A DNA stretch of 32,000 nt from Wolbachia endosymbiont of Ctenocephalides felis wCfeJ (GTDB taxonomy: Bacteria > Pseudomonadota > Alphaproteobacteria > Rickettsiales > Anaplasmataceae): assembly GCF_012277315.1 (NCBI RefSeq), contig NZ_CP051157.1, forward strand, positions 909,279 to 941,278. The letters are read 5' to 3'. Of the stretch, positions 1 to 9,839 are shown piece by piece. The position numbers and the translations under genes were made by a program. Positions within the stretch are counted from its first letter, which is position 1; each line of letters opens with the position of its first letter. Under the pieces are notes generated by a model that ran no database searches, was not told the DNA's origin, and worked only from the letters and a program-made list of their open reading frames with translations.

Positions 1-437
1 GAAATATTTTCCTTTAAAGTATTTACTGTGTTGCGAATAAATACACCCTTAGCAACTTGCTTGTTACTCTCCGGAAGTTTTATAAAATCTTGTGTTATTC
101 CTAAACCTTTTAGACTACCCTTCAATTCCTTATCAATTTTTGATTCTACTTCTTTCAAATTTGAAAAACCTTCTTCCAACTCAACCCATAAAATTTTTGC
201 AAAATCTTCCAAAAAATTAGAATAATCAACTAAACTTTCTTGTATGTTTTTAGCACGTACCTCTGACTCCTGTTTTGCAAGCTTGCTATTTCCTTCTTTG
301 AGAATGCCCTTGATTTGCTGAAGCATAACATCTGCTTTAATGTTCTTCAATAAAACACCTAGCTCTTGGACCATTTCTTCTACTTCTTGCTGTAATAAGC
401 CCTGTTGTGCTATAAAAGTAAATTCATAAAGATTCAC
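1..437 (-). CDS. Partial CDS (C-terminus lies beyond the window edge), hypothetical protein; the first ~35 aa resemble the start of ribosomal protein bS6
   Basis: Hand translation of the minus strand from GTG at 437-435, with an in-frame TAA 15 nt upstream and GGAAAG 5 nt upstream. It reads VNLYEFTFIAQQGLLQQEVEEMVQELGVLLKNIKADV... and stays open to position 1. It is absent from the ORF track because it has no stop in the window. The YE-x-x-F-I start is bS6-like, but the later bS6 core is not recognisable in the 145 aa available. Confidence 0.45.
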   Translation of the reverse strand, partial: MNLYEFTFIAQQGLLQQEVEEMVQELGVLLKNIKADVMLQQIKGILKEGNSKLAKQESEVRAKNIQESLVDYSNFLEDFAKILWVELEEGFSNLKEVESKIDKELKGSLKGLGITQDFIKLPESNKQVAKGVFIRNTVNTLKENI

Positions 438-485
438 TATACTTTCCTTTAATATCGATTAAATATTTCATTATATAAAGCTTTT

Positions 486-3400
486 TTATATAAGCAAGCT
501 ATTTGTATCAATTTCTATGCCTTTAATCCAGCTTAAATTGGATATCTCACAAACAGCTTGAGGGGTAATTGAATATGCACCTGGTAACAAAATACTCACT
601 TTATGCTTTTCAAGCAGAAGTTCCAGCATGATTTTGGTTCTGCCTCCATCTTTCAGTACCGAACTTAATTCCTTAGCAACTGTTTGTGAATTTGCACACC
701 CAGTTAACACTAACCTCTTCATTACAGAAGTGATCCTTTCCGTAAATTCAGATATATCCTTTCCCGCTAATCTTGTCGTATTCTCTGAAGTCTCAAGGTC
801 AATGATAACAAATGTTCCGGGTAAAAATAAATTCCTCTTCTCTTCTATTATTTCATTATTGTAAAACGCTATTTCAGAAACATTATGTGGATCAGAAAGT
901 GTGAGTATGACAAATCTTCCACGCTCTGAGGTTCTCATACGCACATTTAATATTACACCAGCAGTTTTTGCTGTTCTACTCTCTCCGATAAATCCGATAT
1001 TTAGTTTTTTCAAAAGGGTTCTAAATTTTTCAAGTGGGTGATTAGTTAAGTAAAATCCCAGCGAAAATAACTCATGTTCTAATTTTTCTTCTTCATTGAA
1101 GTCTTCTACATCCTCAAGTTTCGGCTTGAGAACATCAAGATTGCCAAACAAAACAGCTTGATTCGATTCCTTATCTTGCCTGTTTTTATTTGCAAAGTAA
1201 ATCAATGTATCTACTGACTCATATAGCTGCTTTCTGTTTTGATGTACACTGTCAAACGCTCCAGATTTAATCAGGCTTTCTAGCGCTCTTTTATTTATTA
1301 TATGTCCTGAATTTTGAATGAATTCCCATATATCCTTACAAGCACTAGAACGTGCGTTTACTATTTCTTCTGCTATCGAGAAGCCAACATTACGCAAAGC
1401 AGCAATGCCGTAGCGTATGTGTTCACCCTCTATCGAAAATTCAGCTTGAGACTTGCTTATATCAGGCGGAAGGACAACGACTCCACAGAGCTTTGCAGCA
1501 TGATAAAATAAATTTAGCTTATCTCTATCATCAATATTTAGATTCATTAAGGCCGTAAAAAATTCTAACGGATAGTTAGCCTTAAGATAAGCTGTTTGGT
1601 AAGATATCACCGCATATGCGGCCGCATGAGATTTATTAAATCCATAACCGGCAAACTTCGCAACAAGGTCAAAAATATAACTTGCCCGATCATAGTCAAC
1701 ACCATTTTTTGTTGCTCCTTGGATAAAAAGTTCACGTTGTTTGTCCATCTCTTCTTTGATTTTCTTACCCATAGCACGCCTTAGTAGATCTGCTTCAGCT
1801 AAGCTATATCCAGAGAGAATACGTGCTATTTCCATCACTTGTTCTTGGTAGATTATTACTCCAAATGTCTCTTTTAATACTCCTTCAAGCAACGGATGAA
1901 TATAATCCGGTTTTTCAAGCCCGTGTTTTCTTGCAATATAAGTTGGAATATTATCCATTGGTCCTGGGCGGTAAAGGGAAATCAAAGCGATAATATCTTC
2001 AATACAGTCTGGTTTTAACTTGATTAAAGCCTCTCTCATGCCTGAACTTTCAAGCTGGAATACTCCAATTGAATCACCTTTTGAGAGCATTTCATAGGTT
2101 CTCTGATCATTCAAAGGAACTGAAGAAATATCAATTTTTTTCTCATCACGATTAATTAAACGACATACATGATCTATCAGCGTCAGTGTACCAAGTCCGA
2201 GAAAATCAAACTTTATTAGTCCAGCTTTCTCCACATATTTCATGCTGTATTGAGTAATTGGCAGAGCCGAATTTGGATCGTAATAAATAGGAACAAAATT
2301 TTCTAACTTTTGATCGCATATCACAATTCCAGCCGCATGAGTTGAAACGTGACGATATATTCCTTCAAGCTTAAGAGAGATATCAAGGAGTTTTGCAATT
2401 ACCTCATCACTATCTCGTTCTTTCTGCAGATCTTGATCAAACTCTATCGCTTGTGATAGAGTTACAGGGTTTACCGGGTTAAACGGAACCATCTTAGATA
2501 TTTTATCCACCTGAGCATAAGGCATCTGCAATACCCTTCCAACGTCGCGTAGCACGGCTCTTGCCTGTAATTTTCCAAAGGTGATTATTTGAGCGACATA
2601 ACCGTACTTTTTTTGAACATAATCAATAACTAAATCCCTTTTTTCTTGGCAGAAATCGATGTCAAAGTCAGGCATTGATATACGATCAGGGTTCAAAAAT
2701 CTCTCAAAGATCAGACCAAATTTTATTGGATCGAGGTCTGTAATCTGCAGAGCCCAGGCAACAATTGATCCAGCACCTGAACCTCTTCCTGGACCAACCG
2801 GAATGCCATTTGCTTTGCTCCAACGAATGAAATCAGAAACTATCAAAAAGTAGCCAGCGTAGTTCATTGAAGTTATTACACTCAGTTCATAATCTAACCG
2901 GTCGTAGTATTGCTTGATATCGATATCATGTTGTGTGTCATCATCTGGTTTGGTGTCATTCCAGCGCGTGACGCTGGAATCTCTCTGGATCCCAGTATCA
3001 AGTACTGGGATGACAGTGGAGGGTGTTCTGGTGACAGAAGAGGATTTTGCAATACGCAGCTTCAACCCCGCAATTGCCTGTTCCTTCAGTTCTTCATTCT
3101 CAGTTTTATTCTCTCGACAAGGAAATTTAGGCAAAATAGGCTGCCTACTTCTTGGCATATAAGAGCACCGTCTGGCTACTACTGAGGTATTATGAATCGC
3201 TTCGGGAATATCGCTAAATAGCTCCTCCATTTCCGCCACAGATTTGAAATAATGCTCAGTGGTTAGCTTTTTCCTGTTATTCTCGAGAGCATAACTTCCT
3301 TCTGATATACACGTTAATATATCATAAGCCTCGTAGTCAGACCTGTTGGGAAAAAATACATCATTCGTTGCAACCAGCGGTATATCATGCTGGTAAGCAA

Positions 3401-3932
3401 AGTCTATAAAGACTTCTTCAAGTTCCAGCTCTTTACTCAGCCCATGACGCTGCAATTCAACGTATAAATGACCATTGAATGCTGAAAGCAGTTTTTCAAC
3501 TGTTTCTTTATCTTGCCTAAATAGCAGTTGAGCCAATATGCCATCATATCCACCGGTTAAAGCAATTAACCCTGTATTAAAACTAAGTAGCTCATCAAAA
3601 TCAACGTAAGGAATATCGTTGCTATTTTCGCGCTTTCTAAAGGACTCACTTACCAAAGTGACCAAATTAGCGTATCCTTGCTCATTTTTTGCAAGTAGCA
3701 ATATGGGTAAATTTTGTTCTGAGTAGCGAACTACAATATTACATCCTACTATTAGTTGTATTCCTCTACTTGCTGCATATTCTGCGAATTCGAGCGAACC
3801 AAACAGGTTACCTGAATCAGTAATTGCAACTGCCGGCATTTTATTCTGTAAACAAAGGCCTATCAGCTCCTCAATTTTAACCGAACTCTCAAGCAGTGAA
3901 TAAACACTGTGAACGCGCAAGTGTATGAACAT
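486..3932 (-). CDS. dnaE: DNA polymerase III alpha subunit
   Basis: 1148-aa ORF with ATG start. It has an N-terminal PHP-domain signature (MFIHLRVHSVYSLLES...), a polymerase core (GPGRGSGAGS, FDIDF) and an OB-fold C-terminal part. Length and order are typical of DnaE. Confidence 0.97.
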   Translation of the reverse strand: MFIHLRVHSVYSLLESSVKIEELIGLCLQNKMPAVAITDSGNLFGSLEFAEYAASRGIQLIVGCNIVVRYSEQNLPILLLAKNEQGYANLVTLVSESFRKRENSNDIPYVDFDELLSFNTGLIALTGGYDGILAQLLFRQDKETVEKLLSAFNGHLYVELQRHGLSKELELEEVFIDFAYQHDIPLVATNDVFFPNRSDYEAYDILTCISEGSYALENNRKKLTTEHYFKSVAEMEELFSDIPEAIHNTSVVARRCSYMPRSRQPILPKFPCRENKTENEELKEQAIAGLKLRIAKSSSVTRTPSTVIPVLDTGIQRDSSVTRWNDTKPDDDTQHDIDIKQYYDRLDYELSVITSMNYAGYFLIVSDFIRWSKANGIPVGPGRGSGAGSIVAWALQITDLDPIKFGLIFERFLNPDRISMPDFDIDFCQEKRDLVIDYVQKKYGYVAQIITFGKLQARAVLRDVGRVLQMPYAQVDKISKMVPFNPVNPVTLSQAIEFDQDLQKERDSDEVIAKLLDISLKLEGIYRHVSTHAAGIVICDQKLENFVPIYYDPNSALPITQYSMKYVEKAGLIKFDFLGLGTLTLIDHVCRLINRDEKKIDISSVPLNDQRTYEMLSKGDSIGVFQLESSGMREALIKLKPDCIEDIIALISLYRPGPMDNIPTYIARKHGLEKPDYIHPLLEGVLKETFGVIIYQEQVMEIARILSGYSLAEADLLRRAMGKKIKEEMDKQRELFIQGATKNGVDYDRASYIFDLVAKFAGYGFNKSHAAAYAVISYQTAYLKANYPLEFFTALMNLNIDDRDKLNLFYHAAKLCGVVVLPPDISKSQAEFSIEGEHIRYGIAALRNVGFSIAEEIVNARSSACKDIWEFIQNSGHIINKRALESLIKSGAFDSVHQNRKQLYESVDTLIYFANKNRQDKESNQAVLFGNLDVLKPKLEDVEDFNEEEKLEHELFSLGFYLTNHPLEKFRTLLKKLNIGFIGESRTAKTAGVILNVRMRTSERGRFVILTLSDPHNVSEIAFYNNEIIEEKRNLFLPGTFVIIDLETSENTTRLAGKDISEFTERITSVMKRLVLTGCANSQTVAKELSSVLKDGGRTKIMLELLLEKHKVSILLPGAYSITPQAVCEISNLSWIKGIEIDTNSLLI
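2950..3020. repeat. Wolbachia-type palindromic element (WPE-like), inserted in frame within dnaE
   Basis: Two adjacent perfect hairpins. The first is attccagcg(2958-2966)/cgctggaat(2972-2980). The second is atcccagta(2989-2997)/tactgggat(3003-3011). Flanking tgtcat/atgaca pairing is also present. The insert is translated as ...TVIPVLDTGIQRDSSVTRWNDT... in a loop between conserved DnaE blocks. Confidence 0.7.
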
Positions 3933-4069
3933 AAAAAAACTTCAGACCAGTAATAAAAGAATAGCATTAATTTACTCAGGAGGAACAAAAACTTGTTCAA
4001 GAGTTCCGGCATAAAAAACTACTTGACAACCTCCGCCCTTACCCTTATCATAGTACTGAAGCTATTTGT

Positions 4070-5764
4070 TTAACTTCCCAATCTGTGCAGGTTAAAATGA
4101 CAAGGAATCCCGATATGATGTTGAACATTTTCTCTTTGCATTTCCATAGCGAGTTCTTGAAATCGAAACACTAGATGCATATCATCTTGGTCAATTTTAA
4201 TGTATCTAACTAATTTTATAATTATATCAAGTTTAATCTCCCAATCTGCTTGATCAAGTTCTGATCTAATCCCAGAGACAAAGCCTTCTATACTACCTAT
4301 GGTAAAATCTAATTTCCTCTGCAGCTCCTTTTCATCGACCATTTTTTCCTGCTGCTCTCTAATTACTTTTAGCCTCTTCTCCATTCCCTCAACTTCTTGG
4401 TCATATTCCTCCTGGCTTATGTGTCCTCGAGCATAAACATAAGCTAGTCTTTTAATACCTTGTTCTAATTTGCCTCTTTCTTTTTCAAGCTCATCATTTG
4501 GTTGTCCATTTTTATGTTCTAAAAGCCTATGTTTATACTCCCTTGCAATTGCATCTGGACCCTTTAGTGTCTTTTTTATTTCGTCCCATACAATTATTTC
4601 TAGTATCTCTGCTCTGATTGATTTACTGTTACATACCCTCGTCCCACCAAAACGATTTGCATCTATGCCACTACAACGATAGTATCTGCTTCCTATAGCA
4701 TTTCTTGCTATATAATAATTATATTTGCAATACCCACATGCTATTAGTCCTTGTAATAGATGCTTTTTTCCACTTTGTCGTACTCTTGCTCTCTCTCTAT
4801 TTTCATCAAGTTGTTTTTGTACTATATTAAATAATTCGTCTTCAACTATCCTTGGTACTCTTATTTTTATCCAATCTTCTTCTTTGTTCTTATACACAGA
4901 ATATTTTTTTTTGCGCACTCTCCACCTTGCTCTCACTGCTTTTCTTAGTGGACCTACTTTTGTCTTACCATATGCTGCTTCTTCTTTGTATGATTGATTC
5001 CTCAATATTCTATGAATTGTACATACATTCCACACTCTCTTACCTCTCGGGGAAGGGATACACCTTTCTTTCAGTCTTCTTACAGCCTCTTTTATACTTA
5101 TTCTTTCTTCACCTACCCACTTAAACAGGTCTCGCACTATTTTTGCTTCCTCTTCATTTATTTCAAATTTTATTTTTTCTCTGTCTACATGCCTAACACG
5201 ATCATAGCCAAAAGGCGCACTACCTATTACACTTATACGACCTTCTCTTGCAGCATGAAGTTTTCCCCTCATACTTCTCTCCAAGATTAGTCTAAGTTCA
5301 TGCCTTGCTACCGCTCCTTTTACATCCACTAGCAAATTGGATGATGGAGTATTATCAATCTTACAATCTAAAGAGATTATTTCTACTTGTGCTCTTTTAC
5401 ATTCATCTATTACATCTCTTTGATCTCTACCATCACGTGACAAACGATCAAGTGCATGAATATAAATCTTATTGATTTTTCCTTCTGCCACCTTACTAAG
5501 TAACGCTTTTAAACCCTCCGGATAATCTTCTTGATTTTTCGTAGGTTTTGTGCCATAAATACGATCAATGCCTTTTCCCAAGTTGATTTGGTTTTCGAAG
5601 CTATCTCCACTAGGAAAAGGCATAGGTCTTTTAACCTCATTAACCTTGTTTATAGCAATTGGTTGGTATACATTAGTGCTATTTTCCATAGCAGCTAATA
5701 TATCTTTATGTAACTTATCCCGTTGCTTTTTATTCAAGCCTTTTAAGCTTTTTATTTTGACCAT
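4070..5764 (-). CDS. Large serine recombinase (phage WO-type integrase)
   Basis: N-terminal resolvase/invertase domain with the catalytic-Ser motif (IYIHALDRLSRDGRDQ), a recombinase domain, Cys-rich zinc-ribbon region (CGYCKYNYY...YYRCSG...RVC) and coiled-coil tail. The track start at 5776 is a TTG that is really part of the GGAGG Shine-Dalgarno. The ATG at 5764 (MVKIKSLKG...) lies 6 nt after GGAGG. Confidence 0.9.
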   Translation of the reverse strand: MVKIKSLKGLNKKQRDKLHKDILAAMENSTNVYQPIAINKVNEVKRPMPFPSGDSFENQINLGKGIDRIYGTKPTKNQEDYPEGLKALLSKVAEGKINKIYIHALDRLSRDGRDQRDVIDECKRAQVEIISLDCKIDNTPSSNLLVDVKGAVARHELRLILERSMRGKLHAAREGRISVIGSAPFGYDRVRHVDREKIKFEINEEEAKIVRDLFKWVGEERISIKEAVRRLKERCIPSPRGKRVWNVCTIHRILRNQSYKEEAAYGKTKVGPLRKAVRARWRVRKKKYSVYKNKEEDWIKIRVPRIVEDELFNIVQKQLDENRERARVRQSGKKHLLQGLIACGYCKYNYYIARNAIGSRYYRCSGIDANRFGGTRVCNSKSIRAEILEIIVWDEIKKTLKGPDAIAREYKHRLLEHKNGQPNDELEKERGKLEQGIKRLAYVYARGHISQEEYDQEVEGMEKRLKVIREQQEKMVDEKELQRKLDFTIGSIEGFVSGIRSELDQADWEIKLDIIIKLVRYIKIDQDDMHLVFRFQELAMEMQRENVQHHIGIPCHFNLHRLGS

Positions 5765-5945
5765 ACTAACCTCCAATATTAAAGTATCATCTAAGTATAC
5801 GATACCATTTGTTGCTTTATTATTAACTTAAGTGTACACTATTATGCTCATTATAAACATAAGTGAGCATTGTTGCAACCATTTTGTTCAAGAGAGAAAT
5901 TTAGAGCTTCTCCAGTTAGATAAGAAACATTCTTCTCTCTTTCAA

Positions 5946-6623
5946 CTATAACAGTCCTTTTTCCCTAAAACTGTAGTAGTGTTCTCCCGCAATAATAATG
6001 TGATCAAATAATCTAATGTCTACAGTACTACATGCTGAAGCTAAGCCTTTAGTTGCTGCTTTATCTTTGTCAGATGGTTCTGCACTTCCTTCTGTATGGT
6101 TATGTGCCATTATTATTGATGTTGCATCTTGTAGTAATGCTTTTTTTGCTATTTTCTTTATATACACTGGTGCCTGATCTACTGTACCAGTAAACACTTC
6201 TTCCCTTTTTAAACAGCCCTTGTGATCTAAATATAATATTTTTACCTTTTCCTTATCTGAATAGCCAATACTCACTATTAAATATTTTACAATGGTTTCC
6301 AGGTTATCCATCACAGGTCCTTTTTTTAATTCTTCTTTTGATGCTCTTTTTGAAGCCTCTCTCAGACATAAAATTATTGCTACTGTGGAATCATTTACTC
6401 CCTCTGCAATTCTTAAGTCATCTATTTCCTGACCTAAAATTCCTCTCATTCCAAAATTATCTATTAGTCTTTTAGCAATAATGCGGGCTTCTTCATTGTC
6501 ATGCACTTTACTCAGAAATGTTTCCACTATTTCACGATCAAGTAGTGCTTGTCCTTCGCTTTCTAGTGCTCTGAACTCTATTTCTTGTCTACGACTATCT
6601 TTACTTTTTTTATTATTATTCAT
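5946..6623 (-). CDS. radC: RadC-like JAB/MPN-domain protein
   Basis: 225 aa with ATG start. The C-terminal motif is IIMAHNHTEGSAEPSDKDKAATKGL...LFDHIIIAG (HNHxxGxxxPSxxD JAB signature), with a helix-hairpin-helix-like N-terminal part. Confidence 0.9.
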   Translation of the reverse strand: MNNNKKSKDSRRQEIEFRALESEGQALLDREIVETFLSKVHDNEEARIIAKRLIDNFGMRGILGQEIDDLRIAEGVNDSTVAIILCLREASKRASKEELKKGPVMDNLETIVKYLIVSIGYSDKEKVKILYLDHKGCLKREEVFTGTVDQAPVYIKKIAKKALLQDATSIIMAHNHTEGSAEPSDKDKAATKGLASACSTVDIRLFDHIIIAGEHYYSFREKGLL

Positions 6624-6785
6624 AAAAATTACCTCTTTTTAAATACTGTTTATTTTTAATTATTTACTACTGTTTTTTTAGTAGCGTTGGCATAAAACCG
6701 TGGTTTCCGGGCGAAGTCAAGTCAATTTTTCAGATTTTTTTATTTATTTTTTTATGTAAAGGTAGAAAATATTAATAATTCCAGC

Positions 6786-7697
6786 TCATTGAATTTCACC
6801 AAAAGAGACACCTATTGTTTGTAAAATAGTATCGATTGAAATTCCTTCTTTTACTAGATCCTTGGCGACTTTTATCCTCTCTGCTTTTCTAATTTTTTTC
6901 TCATAAATTCGTATGCCCTTAGACAACGATTTGATTAACGCATGGCGTAATTCCTGACTCTCAATTTTCTTGTATTCTTCAATTATACTAGGTAGCTCAT
7001 TTTCTACTTTGTCGTCTTCTGTTAATTCAGGTAATAGATCTATAATACTAATCGATAATGCTTCTGCTATATCGTATAATGTATAAAGTGGAATAGTAGT
7101 TTTTCCTTGTTCGTATTTGCTTATTTTGTGACGTGTTACACCAATTTTCTTTGCTAAATCTTCCTGAGTATATTTACGTTTCAGCCTCCATTCCTTTATT
7201 TTTGCTCCTATTTTATAGAATGAAAAACCGCTTTTTTTCTTGGTATATTCATCAACAGATAATCCGACTATTTTTGAGATAACATCAACAGAAATTCCTG
7301 CTTTAGTTAAATTTTTTGCTATTTCTATTCTTTCTGCTTTTCTACTATTTTTTTCACTAAGTTGGGTAGATTTGGTTAATAAATAAAATACTTTACGTAA
7401 CTCTTGATCGTTAATTGTTTTATATTCTTTCATCAGATTTGATATCTCTTCTCCTTCATTTGCAAGGTAGTCTTTTGGTATTGGGATGAGATCTTTAATA
7501 CTTACTGATAATGCTTCCACTATGGCATATAGTTTCTCAATCGAAATTCTACGGGTGCCTTTTTCATATTGTGATACTATCTGACGTGTTGTACCAATTT
7601 TTTCAGCTAAAGCCTCCTGAGTGTAACCTCGCTTCAACCTCCAATATTTTACTTTTTGTCCTACTTGATAGTCTAAGGAATCGTGATTAGTGGTCAC
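6786..7697 (-). CDS. XRE-family transcriptional regulator made of two tandem HTH modules
   Basis: 303 aa with GTG start. Two homologous halves each contain a Cro/C1-type HTH: KYWRLKRGYTQEALAEKIGTTRQIVSQYEKG and KEWRLKRKYTQEDLAKKIGVTRHKISKYEQG. Each is followed by a helical linker and a motif of the form ERI.IAK.L.K.GIS.D.I. Confidence 0.85.
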   Translation of the reverse strand: MTTNHDSLDYQVGQKVKYWRLKRGYTQEALAEKIGTTRQIVSQYEKGTRRISIEKLYAIVEALSVSIKDLIPIPKDYLANEGEEISNLMKEYKTINDQELRKVFYLLTKSTQLSEKNSRKAERIEIAKNLTKAGISVDVISKIVGLSVDEYTKKKSGFSFYKIGAKIKEWRLKRKYTQEDLAKKIGVTRHKISKYEQGKTTIPLYTLYDIAEALSISIIDLLPELTEDDKVENELPSIIEEYKKIESQELRHALIKSLSKGIRIYEKKIRKAERIKVAKDLVKEGISIDTILQTIGVSFGEIQ

Positions 7698-7774
7698 TCT
7701 TTTTCACAAAAATAAACATTACACAGGTTAATATGAAATTTCCACTAAATGTTGACGTTAAATTTCGAGCTCTT

Positions 7775-9634
7775 TTACCTCCTCTCAAATAATTTTTCAA
7801 TATCACTTCGTTTCATTTCTATATACGTTGGTCTGCCATGGTTACACTGCCCAGAATTTGGTGTTTCTTCCATTTGCCTTAGCAACTCATTCATCTCTTC
7901 AAAGTTCATTTTTCTTCCTGCTCTAATTGATCCGTAACACGCGATTGTGGCCAATATTTTGTTCACTTTATCTTCTATAGGCAGCGTATCTTCTATTTCT
8001 GTTAATCTATCAACTATATTTATCAGCATCTCTTTTACATCTATTGCTCCCAAAATTGCTGGAAACCCTTTCACTATAACTTTGTTCTCTGCTTTGATCT
8101 CAATCTCAAAACCCATTTCATAAAGCTTATCTTTATAAATTTCAACCATCTCCATTCCTGCTTGATTTTTAATTTCAACTATTTCAGGAAAAAGCAGTTC
8201 TTGCCTTTTTATGTTTGATTTTTGTTTTAAGCACTCATACACTAACCTCTCATGGGCCGCATGTTGATCGACTACAACTAGTTTGTCTAGACCTTCAGCA
8301 ATTATATAAGTGTTGTAGACCTGACAGCGTACAAACCCTAGAGGGTAGCTCTCTATTAAATTAACTTGTTTTTCTTCCTTGGCTATTGTTTCCTTTTGTG
8401 ATGCAAGTTTCTGCATTTCAAGCAATCCTGACCCTTCTGACAAACCTTTATTCGGTGCAGCAAACTCTTTTATTAGTCGATTCTCTACAGAACTTGGTCT
8501 CCTTTCGTAGAACTCTTTTCTACTTTTCTCTTTTCTGTTCTTTATATTATTAATTAATTCATTGCTTCCTTCTCTAGCATCAAAAGCTGCTCTTCTCACA
8601 ATTTTTTCTGTCATTCCTAATCCGCCAACATCGTTTGCTGCAGGACTACCTATTCTCTTTGATAATGTCTTAATCAGCCCTCTTCTCACTATTTCATATA
8701 TTAGCCTCTTATTCTGAAATCTTACTTCTGATTTATTTGGATGCACATTTACATCTACTTGATCGTATGGTATTTCTAAGTGCAGCACCGCAAAAGGATA
8801 TCTGTCGCTTGGAATCAAATCATGATATGCGTATCGAATTGCACCAACAAGTAGATTGTCTTTTATTGGCCTTCTATTAACAAACGTATAGATCTGAGTT
8901 GAATTGCCTCGATTGATAGTTGGTTTACAGATGTGTCCCGTAAGTTTGATGCCGTCTTCTTCCTCTTTAACTTCCAGCGAATTGCTCTGAAATTCTTCTT
9001 CTGTTTCACATAATCTGTTAAATAATGAAGTTTGCTTAACATATTTTAAGAGCTTTTTATTACCGGAAGTGAGAGTAAACCCAATACTATAGTTAATCAT
9101 CGCTAAGTTATTTACAATGTCAACAATGCTTTGTGTTTCTGCCCTCTCGGTTTTTAGAAATTTTAATCTATTTGGTGTGGCAAAAAATAAGTCACGAATT
9201 TCAATATATGTACCTTGCAACAAAGAACAAGGGGTAATCTCTCTTATTTTTTCTCCTCCCTCATATCTTATAGACCATGCTTCCTTTGCTCCACTTGCCT
9301 TAGATGATAATTTCATTCTACTTACTGCTGCAATTGAAGGTAAAGCTTCTCCTCTAAACCCAAGGTGCTTGATCTCTATTAACTCACTATCGCTTAATTT
9401 TGAAGTAGCGTGGCGCATAAACGCAAGTTCCAAATCTTCCTTTTCTATTCCATTTCCATTATCTGTCACAGTGATAAAGTTACGCCCACCACTTTCTATT
9501 TTGATCTCTATTTCTGCACTTCCAGCATCTATTGCATTTTCTACTAATTCCTTTACTACACTTGCTGGCCTCTCTATTACCTCTCCCGCTGCTATACGAT
9601 TTATAGTTTTTGTGTCTAAAAGAATTATTGCCAT
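7775..9634 (-). CDS. mutL: DNA mismatch repair protein MutL
   Basis: 619 aa with ATG start. It has the canonical GHKL ATPase N-terminus ([35 protein letters not shown]) and a C-terminal dimerisation domain ([15 protein letters not shown]). Confidence 0.95.
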   Translation of the reverse strand: MAIILLDTKTINRIAAGEVIERPASVVKELVENAIDAGSAEIEIKIESGGRNFITVTDNGNGIEKEDLELAFMRHATSKLSDSELIEIKHLGFRGEALPSIAAVSRMKLSSKASGAKEAWSIRYEGGEKIREITPCSLLQGTYIEIRDLFFATPNRLKFLKTERAETQSIVDIVNNLAMINYSIGFTLTSGNKKLLKYVKQTSLFNRLCETEEEFQSNSLEVKEEEDGIKLTGHICKPTINRGNSTQIYTFVNRRPIKDNLLVGAIRYAYHDLIPSDRYPFAVLHLEIPYDQVDVNVHPNKSEVRFQNKRLIYEIVRRGLIKTLSKRIGSPAANDVGGLGMTEKIVRRAAFDAREGSNELINNIKNRKEKSRKEFYERRPSSVENRLIKEFAAPNKGLSEGSGLLEMQKLASQKETIAKEEKQVNLIESYPLGFVRCQVYNTYIIAEGLDKLVVVDQHAAHERLVYECLKQKSNIKRQELLFPEIVEIKNQAGMEMVEIYKDKLYEMGFEIEIKAENKVIVKGFPAILGAIDVKEMLINIVDRLTEIEDTLPIEDKVNKILATIACYGSIRAGRKMNFEEMNELLRQMEETPNSGQCNHGRPTYIEMKRSDIEKLFERR

Positions 9635-9783
9635 ATTTTCAATTCTCAGTCTGATGAAGATATAGCTTTAATGTTAATAAAAATCAATCTCTATTAGGCA
9701 TCTTCACTAATTTCAAAACAGAAATAATTGTAAAAAACCCAGGCCAAAATTTTATGGCAAGCTCTCCTGTAGTTTAATTTTAG

Positions 9784-9812
9784 TTGAATATTTCTTCAGA
9801 ATTGTGTATAAT
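9784..9812 (+). promoter_or_regulatory. Sigma70-type promoter of the Rpn-like gene (TTGAAT-17 nt-TATAAT)
   Basis: TTGAAT at 9784-9789, a 17-nt spacer and TATAAT at 9807-9812, 28 nt upstream of the ATG at 9840. The same about 45-bp block recurs at 31721-31749 upstream of the paralogue. Confidence 0.6.
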
Positions 9813-9839
9813 TATTAATGCTTTTTACCTTACTCTCTC

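Noticed and set aside
28-225. 65-aa plus-strand ORF at the left edge
   Set aside because: It is antisense to a longer, better-looking minus-strand reading frame (1-437). It has low-complexity S/F/L-rich composition, no RBS and no recognisable motif.
628-3185. Nine plus-strand ORFs (62-91 aa) inside dnaE
   Set aside because: All are antisense to a confidently identified 1148-aa dnaE. Their composition is typical of antisense frames in AT-rich genes. The two at 2910-3185 simply read through the palindromic element.
4470-5831. Five plus-strand ORFs (70-98 aa) inside the recombinase gene
   Set aside because: They are antisense to the serine recombinase and give S/L/F/C-rich nonsense-like peptides with no start context.
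3993-5895. 11-bp direct repeat ttgttcaagag on both sides of the recombinase gene (3993-4003 and 5885-5895), considered as att-like sites
   Set aside because: In 32 kb of AT-rich sequence, on the order of a hundred chance 11-mer matches are expected. There is no extended similarity around them.
9117-9665. 182-aa plus-strand ORF overlapping mutL
   Set aside because: It is entirely antisense to the conserved MutL N-terminal ATPase domain and has no motif. It is long only because the antisense frame lacks stops.
9801-9812. Extended -10 (TGnTATAAT) at the Rpn-like promoters
   Set aside because: The bases preceding TATAAT are G-T-G, so T and G are not at -15/-14. Only the basic -35/-10 call is kept.
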